A DNA stretch of 64,000 bases from Candidatus Saccharimonadota bacterium (GCA_046350755.1 JAXLZV010000001.1:406372-470371), one strand, 5' to 3'; numbered from the stretch's first letter, positions 41,952 to 51,189 are shown. The notes: a model not told the origin generated them from the letters alone. A program made the numbers and translations.

Positions 41952-44221
41952 GTCTGCAGCGCCTTTCGGCTGAGCCAGACACCACCGGCAATGAGAGTAA
42001 TTACGCCAAGCATATACGCGGAGAGATTAGTGCCGGTGTTGGCCAAACTGGTAGTCGCTAGCCCGACGGGATCGACGATCACGCCATTATCAGCACCGTC
42101 ATCATCGAGTTCGCCACCATCGGTGATTGAATACGTCGCGACCAAGGCCTGAGCGGAGCCAACTGTCTGCGAGGCAATGTTCGAGCCAGGCACATCACGA
42201 TACTGGCCGGTGATGTCATTGTATTTACGGAGCGTGAAGGCAGATGGCACGTCTGACACAAACACATACTTCGTAATGTTGACGGTATCACCGCGTGAAC
42301 AGTTGAGACTAAAATCAGTTAGACCATAGGGATAGGCTTTACCAGCATCTTTATTGGTAATAGTCGAAGCGTCAATCGAGGCGACTGTGCCGTTCTCGGA
42401 GCGGCCTTCGGTCACAAACGTCTCCCACTTGCCGGTCGAGTCGATCTCGAAACTGGTGACAGTCGGCTGCAGCCGATCGGCAGTGCCATCATTATTGCCG
42501 TCTCCATTATTAGGGGCGCCATTTTCAACTGAGTCAGCGATACCATCCGAATCAAAGTCACTAGCCGAACCGACAGAGATGTTTTGCGAGAGCTCGCTGG
42601 TTGAGCCGTAGCCAGAGAGTGTCGAGTCGTCGATAGCGGTCGTCGTAGCCGAGAGTGCCTTATTCGTATAGTCTCCTGAGACGGTGAAGGTTGCCGTCTT
42701 ATCTGTACCATTCCCGGTTGAGGCGACGGCACCAAGATATTCCTGTGCCGGCCCGGCACCAAAGACCGTACTCTCGTCGTTGACGAAGAACTCCACGCGG
42801 TACGTATTACTGGGTGAATCAGCTGCATCAAGATCATAGTGAATGGTCAGTTGATTGCCGATCTGCTGAACGGACTTGAGGACTGGTTTATTCATGAGAT
42901 TATTGGGGCCGGTATCGGCATCACCGGTGTCATTGGGTGTGGGGCCTTGACCAGTGAATGAGTCTGGACCATTTTGATTTGGTGCTCCAACATACACCGA
43001 TGTACTGAGATCGATAGCGAGATTACTGTTGCCAAAATTTGGATAATTAAACACCAGCATATCGCTTACTTTGTTACCGAGTATTGAGATATTGGTCGGT
43101 TTTAAAACCATTTGAAAAGCTTGTATATTCATCCCTAAAACCGATATGCCAAGACCACCAACTGCTCGGACTGTATTGCCCTCACCTGATCCAACGCCAC
43201 CAATAAGCACATCGTGAGCCATATAGGTCACAACAATCCCACCACCATTTGTAATGCCGCTATTCTTCTCCCCCGTATAGTCAGTGCCGATGTAGTTACC
43301 TTGGACTTTCGTATCCGATCCGCCGGTAATAGTGATCTGAGCAGTTGTTGAGCCAGAAAGAACATTCATTTGCCCCTGCAATGGCCCACCAACAGTATTA
43401 TTACTACCCGTGTTATCTAGGCTAAAAGTCGTATCAAGGTCAGTTACACCATCTTTGGCGATCCCAAAATAGTTCCCGTACACAAAAGTATTAGTTCCCC
43501 CGATTTGACTGCCAGGACCATAGCTAGTTTTGCTGGCGATGACGTTGCGCTGAGCCGCTGTTGCACCACCGATATACAAATCACTACCACTACTATATGC
43601 AGCAATTGCTTCAGTTTCTTCTCCGTTTGAATTGTAGCGCGATTGCATGCCCGTTATATCAGTGTTGATATAAAGCCCTTCGATCCTAACGTCAGAGGCG
43701 CCATTTACTTCGATCTGCGAATGACCAAAGCCATGGATTGCAATGCCGCGGACCATGCTAGCCCCAGCACCACTGTTAAATAGCAGCCCTTTTTCGCTCC
43801 GATCCATACCCGAGCCATCGAGCTCAATGGTTAGATTGGAGTTGAGCGGAGCTGGTGCAGCCGCGGTATTCGCGCTCGAACCAGGCTGCGAGAAGCCATT
43901 AATATCCACCTGATCATCAACCTTTGGCCAATTACTAGCTGTAGGCGAAATCGTGTGTACCCCACTGCCGGGGATATTGAAATTAACCGTGTCAGCGCCA
44001 ACATTGGCGTTAGCTTCTTCGATCGCCGCACGAAATGTACACTCTCCGGTATTGACCGTCTCACAAATTCCATCCCCTGGATTCGCATCGGCTTCATCAG
44101 TCGTGACGTTGACGACGAACGTGGCTGGTGCGGCATGCGCCGAGTGCGCAAACAAGAAAATCGATGCCAAACTCGTAAGCACCAAATAGACAATTTTTTT
44201 CGGTATCTGTTTAGAGGTCAC
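41948..44221 (-). CDS. sortase-anchored beta-helix surface protein with CSLREA-like motif, shared C-terminal module + LANTG
   Basis: Signal peptide; GICETVNTGECTFRAAIEEANA; 3' end near-identical (DNA level) to 29190-30401. Confidence 0.75.
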   Translation of the reverse strand: MTSKQIPKKIVYLVLTSLASIFLFAHSAHAAPATFVVNVTTDEADANPGDGICETVNTGECTFRAAIEEANANVGADTVNFNIPGSGVHTISPTASNWPKVDDQVDINGFSQPGSSANTAAAPAPLNSNLTIELDGSGMDRSEKGLLFNSGAGASMVRGIAIHGFGHSQIEVNGASDVRIEGLYINTDITGMQSRYNSNGEETEAIAAYSSGSDLYIGGATAAQRNVIASKTSYGPGSQIGGTNTFVYGNYFGIAKDGVTDLDTTFSLDNTGSNNTVGGPLQGQMNVLSGSTTAQITITGGSDTKVQGNYIGTDYTGEKNSGITNGGGIVVTYMAHDVLIGGVGSGEGNTVRAVGGLGISVLGMNIQAFQMVLKPTNISILGNKVSDMLVFNYPNFGNSNLAIDLSTSVYVGAPNQNGPDSFTGQGPTPNDTGDADTGPNNLMNKPVLKSVQQIGNQLTIHYDLDAADSPSNTYRVEFFVNDESTVFGAGPAQEYLGAVASTGNGTDKTATFTVSGDYTNKALSATTTAIDDSTLSGYGSTSELSQNISVGSASDFDSDGIADSVENGAPNNGDGNNDGTADRLQPTVTSFEIDSTGKWETFVTEGRSENGTVASIDASTITNKDAGKAYPYGLTDFSLNCSRGDTVNITKYVFVSDVPSAFTLRKYNDITGQYRDVPGSNIASQTVGSAQALVATYSITDGGELDDDGADNGVIVDPVGLATTSLANTGTNLSAYMLGVITLIAGGVWLSRKALQT

Positions 44222-44227
44222 AAACCT

Positions 44228-44261
44228 ACCCGCTTATGTTGTAATAATAACATAAGCGGGT
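44228..44261. other. perfect 13-bp stem-loop in the intergenic region (possible terminator or processing signal)
   Basis: ACCCGCTTATGTT-gtaataat-AACATAAGCGGGT. Confidence 0.3.
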
Positions 44262-44287
44262 TTAGAATTCTACTTCTTAACTAGAGG

Positions 44288-45715
44288 CTACAATCCAAGA
44301 GATTCGTTGAGAGCTTGCTGGGTCGTAACGACCGTGATGCCGGAGTTTTTCACCAGCTGGAGCTGACGCTGCAGAGTAGCTGGGCTGACACTCCAAGCGT
44401 TCTTATTGTCACCGGCGAGCTCATGCCACACGAGGGTCAACCAGCCATTCGAAGCTTTTGCAGCATTGAGCTGCGCGACCAGCTCGGCGTCAGTCGTCGT
44501 ATTCAGGACAATGAAGCTATTGAGGTTATAACGATCAAAGTTAGCTTTCGTATTGGCGACCGCCTCACAGTTGCGTGATGCCTGATAGAGGGTCTTAGCG
44601 ACACTGACAACCGTGGCATTACTCTCGCAGTACGGTGTAGCCAGCAAACGAGTTGGCTCCCCCAGCAATCCATCGAGATAGCTCTTGCTGGCCGTCAGCT
44701 CATTGGTCATCTGCGTAAGCGACAGACTAGGCAGGCTGGGATGCGAGATAGTATGGCTTCCGATATCACCGCGCAGATTCCAATCCTTGATCTGGGCCGG
44801 GGTCATATAAGTACCCGTACCATAGTTGGCATTATTGATGGCTGTATCAGTAATGATGTACTGCGTTGGTCGCCAGCCGAAGCTCTCGACAAGTGGCAAG
44901 CCATTCTGATAAGCAGTCGTCCAGCCGTCGTCAAACTCAATCGAGACTAATGGTCGCGAGAATGGCTGATTGGTAGCTGGCGGTGCGGGTGTCGTTGGCA
45001 CCGGTGATGGTGGTGGTGTGGTTGGTACTGGTGTAGTTGGGGCCGGTGAAGTTGGCACCGGGGTCGTCGGTACTGGGCTGGTAGGCACTGGAGTGGTTGG
45101 TGCAGGGGTCGTTGGAGCCGGAGTTGTGGGCACCGGGGTCGTTGGAACTACGCTACCCTGTTTTTCGAGATTAAATTCGTCGGTCTGCAGCCAGCCATTG
45201 CGAGCAATCAGATGATAAGCTGTCATCGATTTTGCACCCTGCGGAATGGTGATAGTGTATTTGACCTGTTTCCACGTAACAACACTAGCGGCCACGTCAC
45301 CTAGCCAGAGATACTTTGTCGATCCATCTGCCATCACAACCTCAACATCAACTTCAGTCTTGACATTCGATTTATACCAGTTGGAGTAGCTTAACGTCTC
45401 ACCGCCCTGGACAGCAACTGGAGCTGACTGCCAACGAGCGTCCCCTGATCGTCGATTAGATACGGTGACTTTAGCCGACTTTGTGCCAGTCTGCGCGTCG
45501 CCAGATACAATCGAGTAACTCTTCGTCATATTGCCCCAGCTTTCCGTGGTCCAATTAGTCGCCGTGTTACCGCTAGTGGTTTCAAATGAATTATTCGTTA
45601 TAAGATTGCTAGCCGCCTGTGCGTTTGAGATAAAGATCGCAAATGTAGCGATAGCCAGCACAATGACACCGAGTAGTTTAGCTTTCATAATGTTACTCCA
45701 AATCGTAAGTTTCAA
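44288..45715 (-). CDS. secreted polysaccharide deacetylase (CE4/NodB) with N-terminal carbohydrate-binding-like domain and PT-rich linker
   Basis: Signal peptide; (PTTPxPT)n linker; NodB motifs SIEFDDGW and GSHTISHP. Confidence 0.75.
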   Translation of the reverse strand: MKLTIWSNIMKAKLLGVIVLAIATFAIFISNAQAASNLITNNSFETTSGNTATNWTTESWGNMTKSYSIVSGDAQTGTKSAKVTVSNRRSGDARWQSAPVAVQGGETLSYSNWYKSNVKTEVDVEVVMADGSTKYLWLGDVAASVVTWKQVKYTITIPQGAKSMTAYHLIARNGWLQTDEFNLEKQGSVVPTTPVPTTPAPTTPAPTTPVPTSPVPTTPVPTSPAPTTPVPTTPPPSPVPTTPAPPATNQPFSRPLVSIEFDDGWTTAYQNGLPLVESFGWRPTQYIITDTAINNANYGTGTYMTPAQIKDWNLRGDIGSHTISHPSLPSLSLTQMTNELTASKSYLDGLLGEPTRLLATPYCESNATVVSVAKTLYQASRNCEAVANTKANFDRYNLNSFIVLNTTTDAELVAQLNAAKASNGWLTLVWHELAGDNKNAWSVSPATLQRQLQLVKNSGITVVTTQQALNESLGL

Positions 45716-45840
45716 TGCTAATTTCTACAATTAGTATAAATTTAATGAGAATATATAACCATACGACAAATACCGAATATTGTCAAGTAAAAGCGTACAG
45801 GCGTTTGCTTATGCTTGGAGCAGAATTGCCTAAATAAACG

Positions 45841-45862
45841 AAAAGCCCGCATATTAGCGGGC
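45841..45862 (-). terminator. intrinsic terminator downstream of tRNA-Met
   Basis: Minus-strand GCCCGC-UAAUAU-GCGGGC followed by UUUU. Confidence 0.5.
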
Positions 45863-45873
45863 GCTTCGTCTGG

Positions 45874-45946
45874 TGGCTGCGGGTGGAATCGAACCACCGA
45901 CCTTTGGCTTATGAGTCCACTGCTCTAACCCCTGAGCTACGCAGCC
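45874..45946 (-). tRNA. tRNA-Met-like (anticodon CAU, elongator type) with non-canonical anticodon stem
   Basis: GGCUGCG acceptor, D and T arms intact, loop CUCAUAA; anticodon stem GUGGA/GCCAA has only 3 central pairs; encoded CCA. Confidence 0.6.
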
Positions 45947-46037
45947 ATGTACTGTATTATATAACGCTCAAGAGCCTTATGATGTGTTTTTCTACCTATA
46001 TGCAAATGCCCCAGACTAGCTGAGGCGCTTGCTTTGG

Positions 46038-46110
46038 TAGCGGGGGTAGGACTCGAACCTACGACCTTCAGGTTATGAGCCTGACGAGCTGCCAACTGCT
46101 CCACCCCGCG
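46038..46110 (-). tRNA. initiator tRNA-fMet (CAU)
   Basis: CGCGGGGUGGAGCAG...CUCAUAA...CCCCCGCUACCA; near-identical to E. coli tRNA-fMet, with 1-72 mismatch (C-U). Confidence 0.85.
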
Positions 46111-46168
46111 TCACAGAGGATATGTTACGTTTTTTTGAGCTTTTTGTCAATCGAAGCAGCCTCCCTGA

Positions 46169-46570
46169 CTACTGCGCTCCAAAAAGAAACTCCCCCCACT
46201 CTTCTAGGTGTGACTTCGGCTGCAGGGCAACTGCCTGCGGCTGAGCTGAATCTTTATTCACAGCCCGCTCGGCATCTCCTCGACCAACTATGACTACTGA
46301 CTCGCCGGGCGCCTGCAAGCCCAGCTTTTCACGCGCAAATCGTTCTTTATAGGCATCGGTCTTGTAGTAATCGACTTGGGCCTGCAGGTTAGCAACATCG
46401 TTTTCGAGCGTAATCATCTCTTCTTCGGCCCGATCGGCTTTTTGTCGCAAGGCCGTATTTTTCGCACTCAGATTTATCAATGCCGCCAGCACATACATGG
46501 TGGCAATCAAGCCAACCCAAAAAGCTATTCGGGTGTAGTCAAAGATTTTATTCTTGAGATCAGGTCGCAT
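46169..46570 (-). CDS. septum formation initiator (FtsB/DivIC-like)
   Basis: N-terminal TM followed by coiled coil (LENDVANLQAQVDYYKTD). Confidence 0.55.
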   Translation of the reverse strand: MRPDLKNKIFDYTRIAFWVGLIATMYVLAALINLSAKNTALRQKADRAEEEMITLENDVANLQAQVDYYKTDAYKERFAREKLGLQAPGESVVIVGRGDAERAVNKDSAQPQAVALQPKSHLEEWGEFLFGAQ

Positions 46571-46611
46571 ACGGATATTTTAGCATGACCGGCTTGGTCA
46601 AAGCTGAGAGC

Positions 46612-48213
46612 CTACCAGCTCCCGCCGCCGCCACCGCCACCGCCACCGCCGGAGAATCCGCCACCGGCGCCGCCGCTCGAGGATGGTGGCGAGAAATTTG
46701 AACTCACACTCGTAGCGAAGGAGTCTGACAGCATGCTCGTGAGCAATAAGGAGTTGCCGAGATTGTTACCGACATACCAATTCTCCGTCGCCGGAGTGAT
46801 ATCGATGCCTTCAAATTGCTTGGCCCATTGCTTTTCGACCCCAAGCGCAATCGCATAGGGCAAGAGCATCGTAAACCGCTCTGGCGTTTTCGCTGGCGCT
46901 TCGGCAAACGCCATTCGATCTTTCTCGACCACTTCCAGATAAAGCTTGAGACCTTCAACTTTTGCCCATTCTTTATAGCCGGCGGATGACAAATGATCGA
47001 CGTCGAGTAACTTTATATCCGGTCGATACCAACCCCGCTCTTTCATGCGAGTCTCAAGCTCTTTGCGGATATGCTCCACTACTGTAGACATCGTCGCAGG
47101 CTGAAGCTGATCGACATAAATACTCGGAGTAGTCGCAAATATGCCATCAAGTAGCAGCCGCTCATAATTGACCAGCTTATCAGCCGTATCAAGCTTGGTC
47201 AGCAAGAAGCGCTGCTTCGTACCAATCAACTGCTTTTTCTCTTCATAGGCAATCTTCAAATGGCCACGTCGCGCCAAATCAATCAATGTAGCTGTGATCT
47301 CCGTAGTACTACTGACTTCGTCGTGAATAAGCCCGACTTCGCCTGGCAGCATTTTTTCTGGCGGCTCGTACTGAGCCACAATAGTTTGTTCCTTCTGCTG
47401 TCTCTTTCTTCGGATTGAGCTCCGGATGATGCGAAAGAGCACAAATATGGCAGCCAAACTTGCCGCGGTCCAGCCAGCAATCATCAGACCAAGAGCACCC
47501 CAATCAATCGGTGTCTCAACAGTCTTAGCCGTATCGCTCGGCGTGATATAGGCCGCTTCACTAAAGCTGTTAGCTGGCACAATCAGATCGACCGTCAAGC
47601 CGCTATTAGGTGGCAAGGCGTCATTGGCCCTTACATCAACCGCATTCTCGCCTTTCGGCGTAATCGTACAATTCGATTCGCGTGAGCCTTGTGGGCCGGT
47701 GTAGCATTTTTGATCCTCGATTTTCACGCCGTCCGGTAACGTCACCGAGCCGGTAGCTTGCTGGGCGGAGAAATCCCAATTCGTCCCATGCAAATTGACT
47801 GACAGGTAATCGCCGGCTGGATCCTTGCGCACAAAGGGAGACAGCGTGTAGTCGATGACATACGTCTGGACGCCACTCAGCGTCTTGCTCGCACTACCAA
47901 TCTTAAGCCGCTGATAAGCTCCTTGTCCGATGAGCTGATACGGCTCATTAGCCCCAGCGCGAGTGATGGCATTAATCAGCAGATCATAATTCAGGTATTT
48001 ACCCTCTGAGATCTGTGTCGAGATAGGAATATCCCGGTAGATACCATGTCGTCCCGATGGCAGATCATAGCTGATCGATTCCTGAAAGCGAGCTTGACCC
48101 TGCTGATTAATCACTACATCAGTCGTTATCGACTGAATTGACTCAGCTTGAGCTCCAAGTGGCAGTAGGCTGAACCCAAGCGATAGGGCAAGAGCGGCTA
48201 GAAAGCGTTTCAT
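46612..48213 (-). CDS. DUF2207-like membrane protein with Gly-rich C-terminus
   Basis: Signal peptide, large extracytoplasmic domain, TM near the C-terminus, terminal GGAGGGFSGGGGGGGGGGSW. Confidence 0.7.
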   Translation of the reverse strand: MKRFLAALALSLGFSLLPLGAQAESIQSITTDVVINQQGQARFQESISYDLPSGRHGIYRDIPISTQISEGKYLNYDLLINAITRAGANEPYQLIGQGAYQRLKIGSASKTLSGVQTYVIDYTLSPFVRKDPAGDYLSVNLHGTNWDFSAQQATGSVTLPDGVKIEDQKCYTGPQGSRESNCTITPKGENAVDVRANDALPPNSGLTVDLIVPANSFSEAAYITPSDTAKTVETPIDWGALGLMIAGWTAASLAAIFVLFRIIRSSIRRKRQQKEQTIVAQYEPPEKMLPGEVGLIHDEVSSTTEITATLIDLARRGHLKIAYEEKKQLIGTKQRFLLTKLDTADKLVNYERLLLDGIFATTPSIYVDQLQPATMSTVVEHIRKELETRMKERGWYRPDIKLLDVDHLSSAGYKEWAKVEGLKLYLEVVEKDRMAFAEAPAKTPERFTMLLPYAIALGVEKQWAKQFEGIDITPATENWYVGNNLGNSLLLTSMLSDSFATSVSSNFSPPSSSGGAGGGFSGGGGGGGGGGSW

Positions 48214-48222
48214 GCTATCTGA

Positions 48223-49359
48223 TTATTCCCACCGGAAAATGCGGACGGCAATGATGGAAACGATAATTCCCCACACGACGAGCCCAATAATATCGCCGCG
48301 CAACACCCATAGACTCGCTCCCTCAGTGGCGATTTTGCGCAAACCATCGACCAAATATGTCAGTGGCAAATAGTCAGTCACCTTTTGCAGCCAGGCAGGG
48401 AAGCCTTCACGTGGGAAAAATACCCCCGAGAGGAAAAGCATCGGAAACTGTATCAATTGAGCAACTGGCGTGGCTTGGTTCTCGTCCTTGGCCCAACCAG
48501 CGATCGCAAAACCAATCGTCAAAAACACCGCCGATCCAAGGGTCGCCATAGCCATAAACGCAAAAATATTACCGATCATCTTCACTTGAAACAGTAGAAT
48601 CCCTAGGCCGAGTAACAGCAGCACTTGGGCTATTGCCACAATCAGTCGAGTAATCCCCTGGCCAACCACAAAATACATCGGCCGAGTCGGCGTCGCCTGA
48701 ATGCGTCGCAGCTGACCGGTTGTCTTATACGTAACAAACACAAAGGCCACCGAGAATATACCGAGCTGCATGATACTCATAGCGATCACGCCAGGCAAAT
48801 AGAAATCAATCGGGCTGAGATTATTCGTCTTTACTCCCACAGCCTTGATCGTATAGACGGCTGGGGTCTGCGTTGCGGCCGAGTTTACCCCTTGCACAAT
48901 CTGACCGACGATGAGATTGGCGGTCTGGCCATTCCCAGGGTTTGATTCATTGTAATAGGTTTGCACTTGCGCTGCCTTGAGCGCTGGCTGCTCGGTAGGC
49001 GAAGTTGGCTGTGTAACCGCTCCAAAGCTGTCCGGGATGATCACCTGTAAATCAACTTTACCGCGACCTAAAAGATCAGCCGCTTCACTCTCTGGCACCA
49101 CCTTGACGTTCAATGCGTCAATCTTCTCCATGCCGGTAATCACCTGTTTTGAGAGTTCGGACTGGCTATAATTCGTAACTGCAATGTCGGTCGTGAAGTT
49201 GTTTTCTTTAAATAAAAAGCCAAAGACGAGAATCAATATCACTGGGATGAATAATGTGAAGAATACCCCCGTATAATTACGGAAATACATCTTCATGCTG
49301 GCGATGGTTAAGGCGTGAAGAGCATCGTAGGAGCGCTTGAGGCGTGATACGTGTTTCAT
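48223..49359 (-). CDS. ABC-2 type transporter permease
   Basis: 6 TM with large first extracytoplasmic loop; follows the ATPase gene with 1-nt spacing. Confidence 0.75.
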   Translation of the reverse strand: MKHVSRLKRSYDALHALTIASMKMYFRNYTGVFFTLFIPVILILVFGFLFKENNFTTDIAVTNYSQSELSKQVITGMEKIDALNVKVVPESEAADLLGRGKVDLQVIIPDSFGAVTQPTSPTEQPALKAAQVQTYYNESNPGNGQTANLIVGQIVQGVNSAATQTPAVYTIKAVGVKTNNLSPIDFYLPGVIAMSIMQLGIFSVAFVFVTYKTTGQLRRIQATPTRPMYFVVGQGITRLIVAIAQVLLLLGLGILLFQVKMIGNIFAFMAMATLGSAVFLTIGFAIAGWAKDENQATPVAQLIQFPMLFLSGVFFPREGFPAWLQKVTDYLPLTYLVDGLRKIATEGASLWVLRGDIIGLVVWGIIVSIIAVRIFRWE

Positions 49360-49360
49360 A

Positions 49361-50113
49361 TTAATCCCTCAATTCCTTGCCGGTGAGATCGATAAACACA
49401 TCCTCGAGCGTGGCGGGGACCACCTTGCGATGCGGCTTGAAGCCTTTCTTCAGGAGATTCTCGATCAGTTTCTTAGGAGTATCCAGCGCGACTATCTTGC
49501 CCTCATCCATAATCGCAATCCGGTCGCACAGATACTCAGCCTCATCCATGTAGTGGGTGGTTAAAATCACCGTCTTACCGGAGGCTTGGATCTGCTTGAC
49601 GAGCTCCCAAAGATTACGTCGTGCCTGTGGGTCGAGACCGGTCGTTGGCTCATCAAGAAAAATTACGATCGGGTCATTCACCAAAGCCGCAGCAATGGAA
49701 AAACGCTGTTTCTGGCCGCCCGACAGCTCCTTGACCATATTCTTTGACTTCTCAACCAAATCAACTTCCTCTAGGAGTAGCTTGGGATCTTTATTCAAAG
49801 AATACAGATTTGAAAACAGATGCAGGATTTCGACCAGGGTCAGCTTGTCAAAGAAACTCGAGCTCTGGAGCTGCACGCCAATCATTTCTTTGACGGCATA
49901 CGGATCCTTGGCAACGTCGACATCATTAATCATGACCGAGCCGCTACTGAGCTCACGCAAACCTTCCATAATCTCGAGCGTGGTTGTCTTACCCGCACCA
50001 TTCGGTCCGAGAATCCCAAACACCTCACCCTTTTTTACCGCAAACGAGACACCCTTAACTGCCTGAAAGTCGCCATAGTTTTTCTTGAGATTTTTAACCG
50101 TGATCAGTGTCAT
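49361..50113 (-). CDS. ABC transporter ATP-binding protein
   Basis: Walker A GPNGAGKTT, signature LSGGQKQR, Walker B ILDEPT. Confidence 0.9.
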   Translation of the reverse strand: MTLITVKNLKKNYGDFQAVKGVSFAVKKGEVFGILGPNGAGKTTTLEIMEGLRELSSGSVMINDVDVAKDPYAVKEMIGVQLQSSSFFDKLTLVEILHLFSNLYSLNKDPKLLLEEVDLVEKSKNMVKELSGGQKQRFSIAAALVNDPIVIFLDEPTTGLDPQARRNLWELVKQIQASGKTVILTTHYMDEAEYLCDRIAIMDEGKIVALDTPKKLIENLLKKGFKPHRKVVPATLEDVFIDLTGKELRD

Positions 50114-50231
50114 TACCTCATAATTATATCACTCCTTAAATGCCCAAGCGAGATAGATTTATCAGAATATTCTATAATGGCAAAGCACGCAAAACGCGCG
50201 AGGAGGCTTACCAAGCTTAAACGCCGCAACG

Positions 50232-50304
50232 TGGGCCCGTAGCTCAGTGGTTAGAGCAGTCGGCTCATAACCGATTGGCCGCTGGTTCAAATCCAGCCGG
50301 GCCC
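50232..50304 (+). tRNA. tRNA-Ile2 (CAU, lysidine-modified) or tRNA-Met
   Basis: GGGCCCGUAGCUCAGUGGUUAGAGCAGUCGGCUCAUAACCGAUUGGCCGCUGGUUCAA.UCCAGC; closely resembles E. coli tRNA-Ile2; tilS present in window. Confidence 0.8.
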
Positions 50305-50322
50305 ACCACTTCACTGAATCAT

Positions 50323-51189
50323 ATGAAAATTACCAAAGCCATCATTCCGGCCGCTGGATTGGGTACGAGATTTCTCCCCCAGACCAAGGCTATGCCTAAA
50401 GAAATGCTGCCGATTATCGACAAGCCGGTGATCCAGTACGTCGTTGAAGAAGCGGTCGCCGCTGGCATCACCGATATTATTATTGTTACCGGCCAGCATA
50501 AGCGAGCCATCGAAGACCACTTTGACCACCAATACGCGCTAGAGGCCGAACTACGCCAAAAAGGTAAGACGGCAGTCGCTGACGAACTCGAGCGGATTGC
50601 CGACATGGCAAACTTTATCTATATCCGTCAGAAGGGCAACTACGGCAATGGCACGCCCATCCTCAATGCCGCCCACCTGGTTGATGACGAGCCTTTCTTA
50701 GTGCTGTGGGCGGATGACTTCGTCCGGGCGGCAAAACCACGGGCTCTGCAGCTGGTTGAAGCGTATGCGAAGCTTCAAAGCCCAGTCATATCGCTTATCC
50801 CCATCCAATCAGCTGATGCCGATAAATATGGCGTACCAGCGATCAAGCAGGAGCTTGCACCGGACTTATTTGAGATAGATAAGCTGATCGAGAAGCCTGG
50901 CAGCGCAGCCGCGCCTTCCAGTTATGGTTCGGTTGGAGGCTACATTCTCACACCCGACATCATTCCTCTGCTCGAGGCACAGAAGCCGGATAAGACTGGT
51001 GAGATCTATCTCTCGACCGCTATCGACCAGCTCGCTGCGCAACGTTCAGTCTACGGTAAAGTGATTGCTGGAGAATGGCATGATACCGGTAGTAAGATGA
51101 GCTATCTGGAAGCTATCATTGACGTGGCGCTTGAAGACGAGACGATTGGCCCTGAGCTGCGCAGCTTCCTCAAGAAAAAGCTCAGCTAG
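50323..51189 (+). CDS. galU: UTP--glucose-1-phosphate uridylyltransferase
   Basis: KAIIPAAGLGTRFLPQTKAMPKEMLP...; start at MKITKA. Confidence 0.85.
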   Translation: MKITKAIIPAAGLGTRFLPQTKAMPKEMLPIIDKPVIQYVVEEAVAAGITDIIIVTGQHKRAIEDHFDHQYALEAELRQKGKTAVADELERIADMANFIYIRQKGNYGNGTPILNAAHLVDDEPFLVLWADDFVRAAKPRALQLVEAYAKLQSPVISLIPIQSADADKYGVPAIKQELAPDLFEIDKLIEKPGSAAAPSSYGSVGGYILTPDIIPLLEAQKPDKTGEIYLSTAIDQLAAQRSVYGKVIAGEWHDTGSKMSYLEAIIDVALEDETIGPELRSFLKKKLS

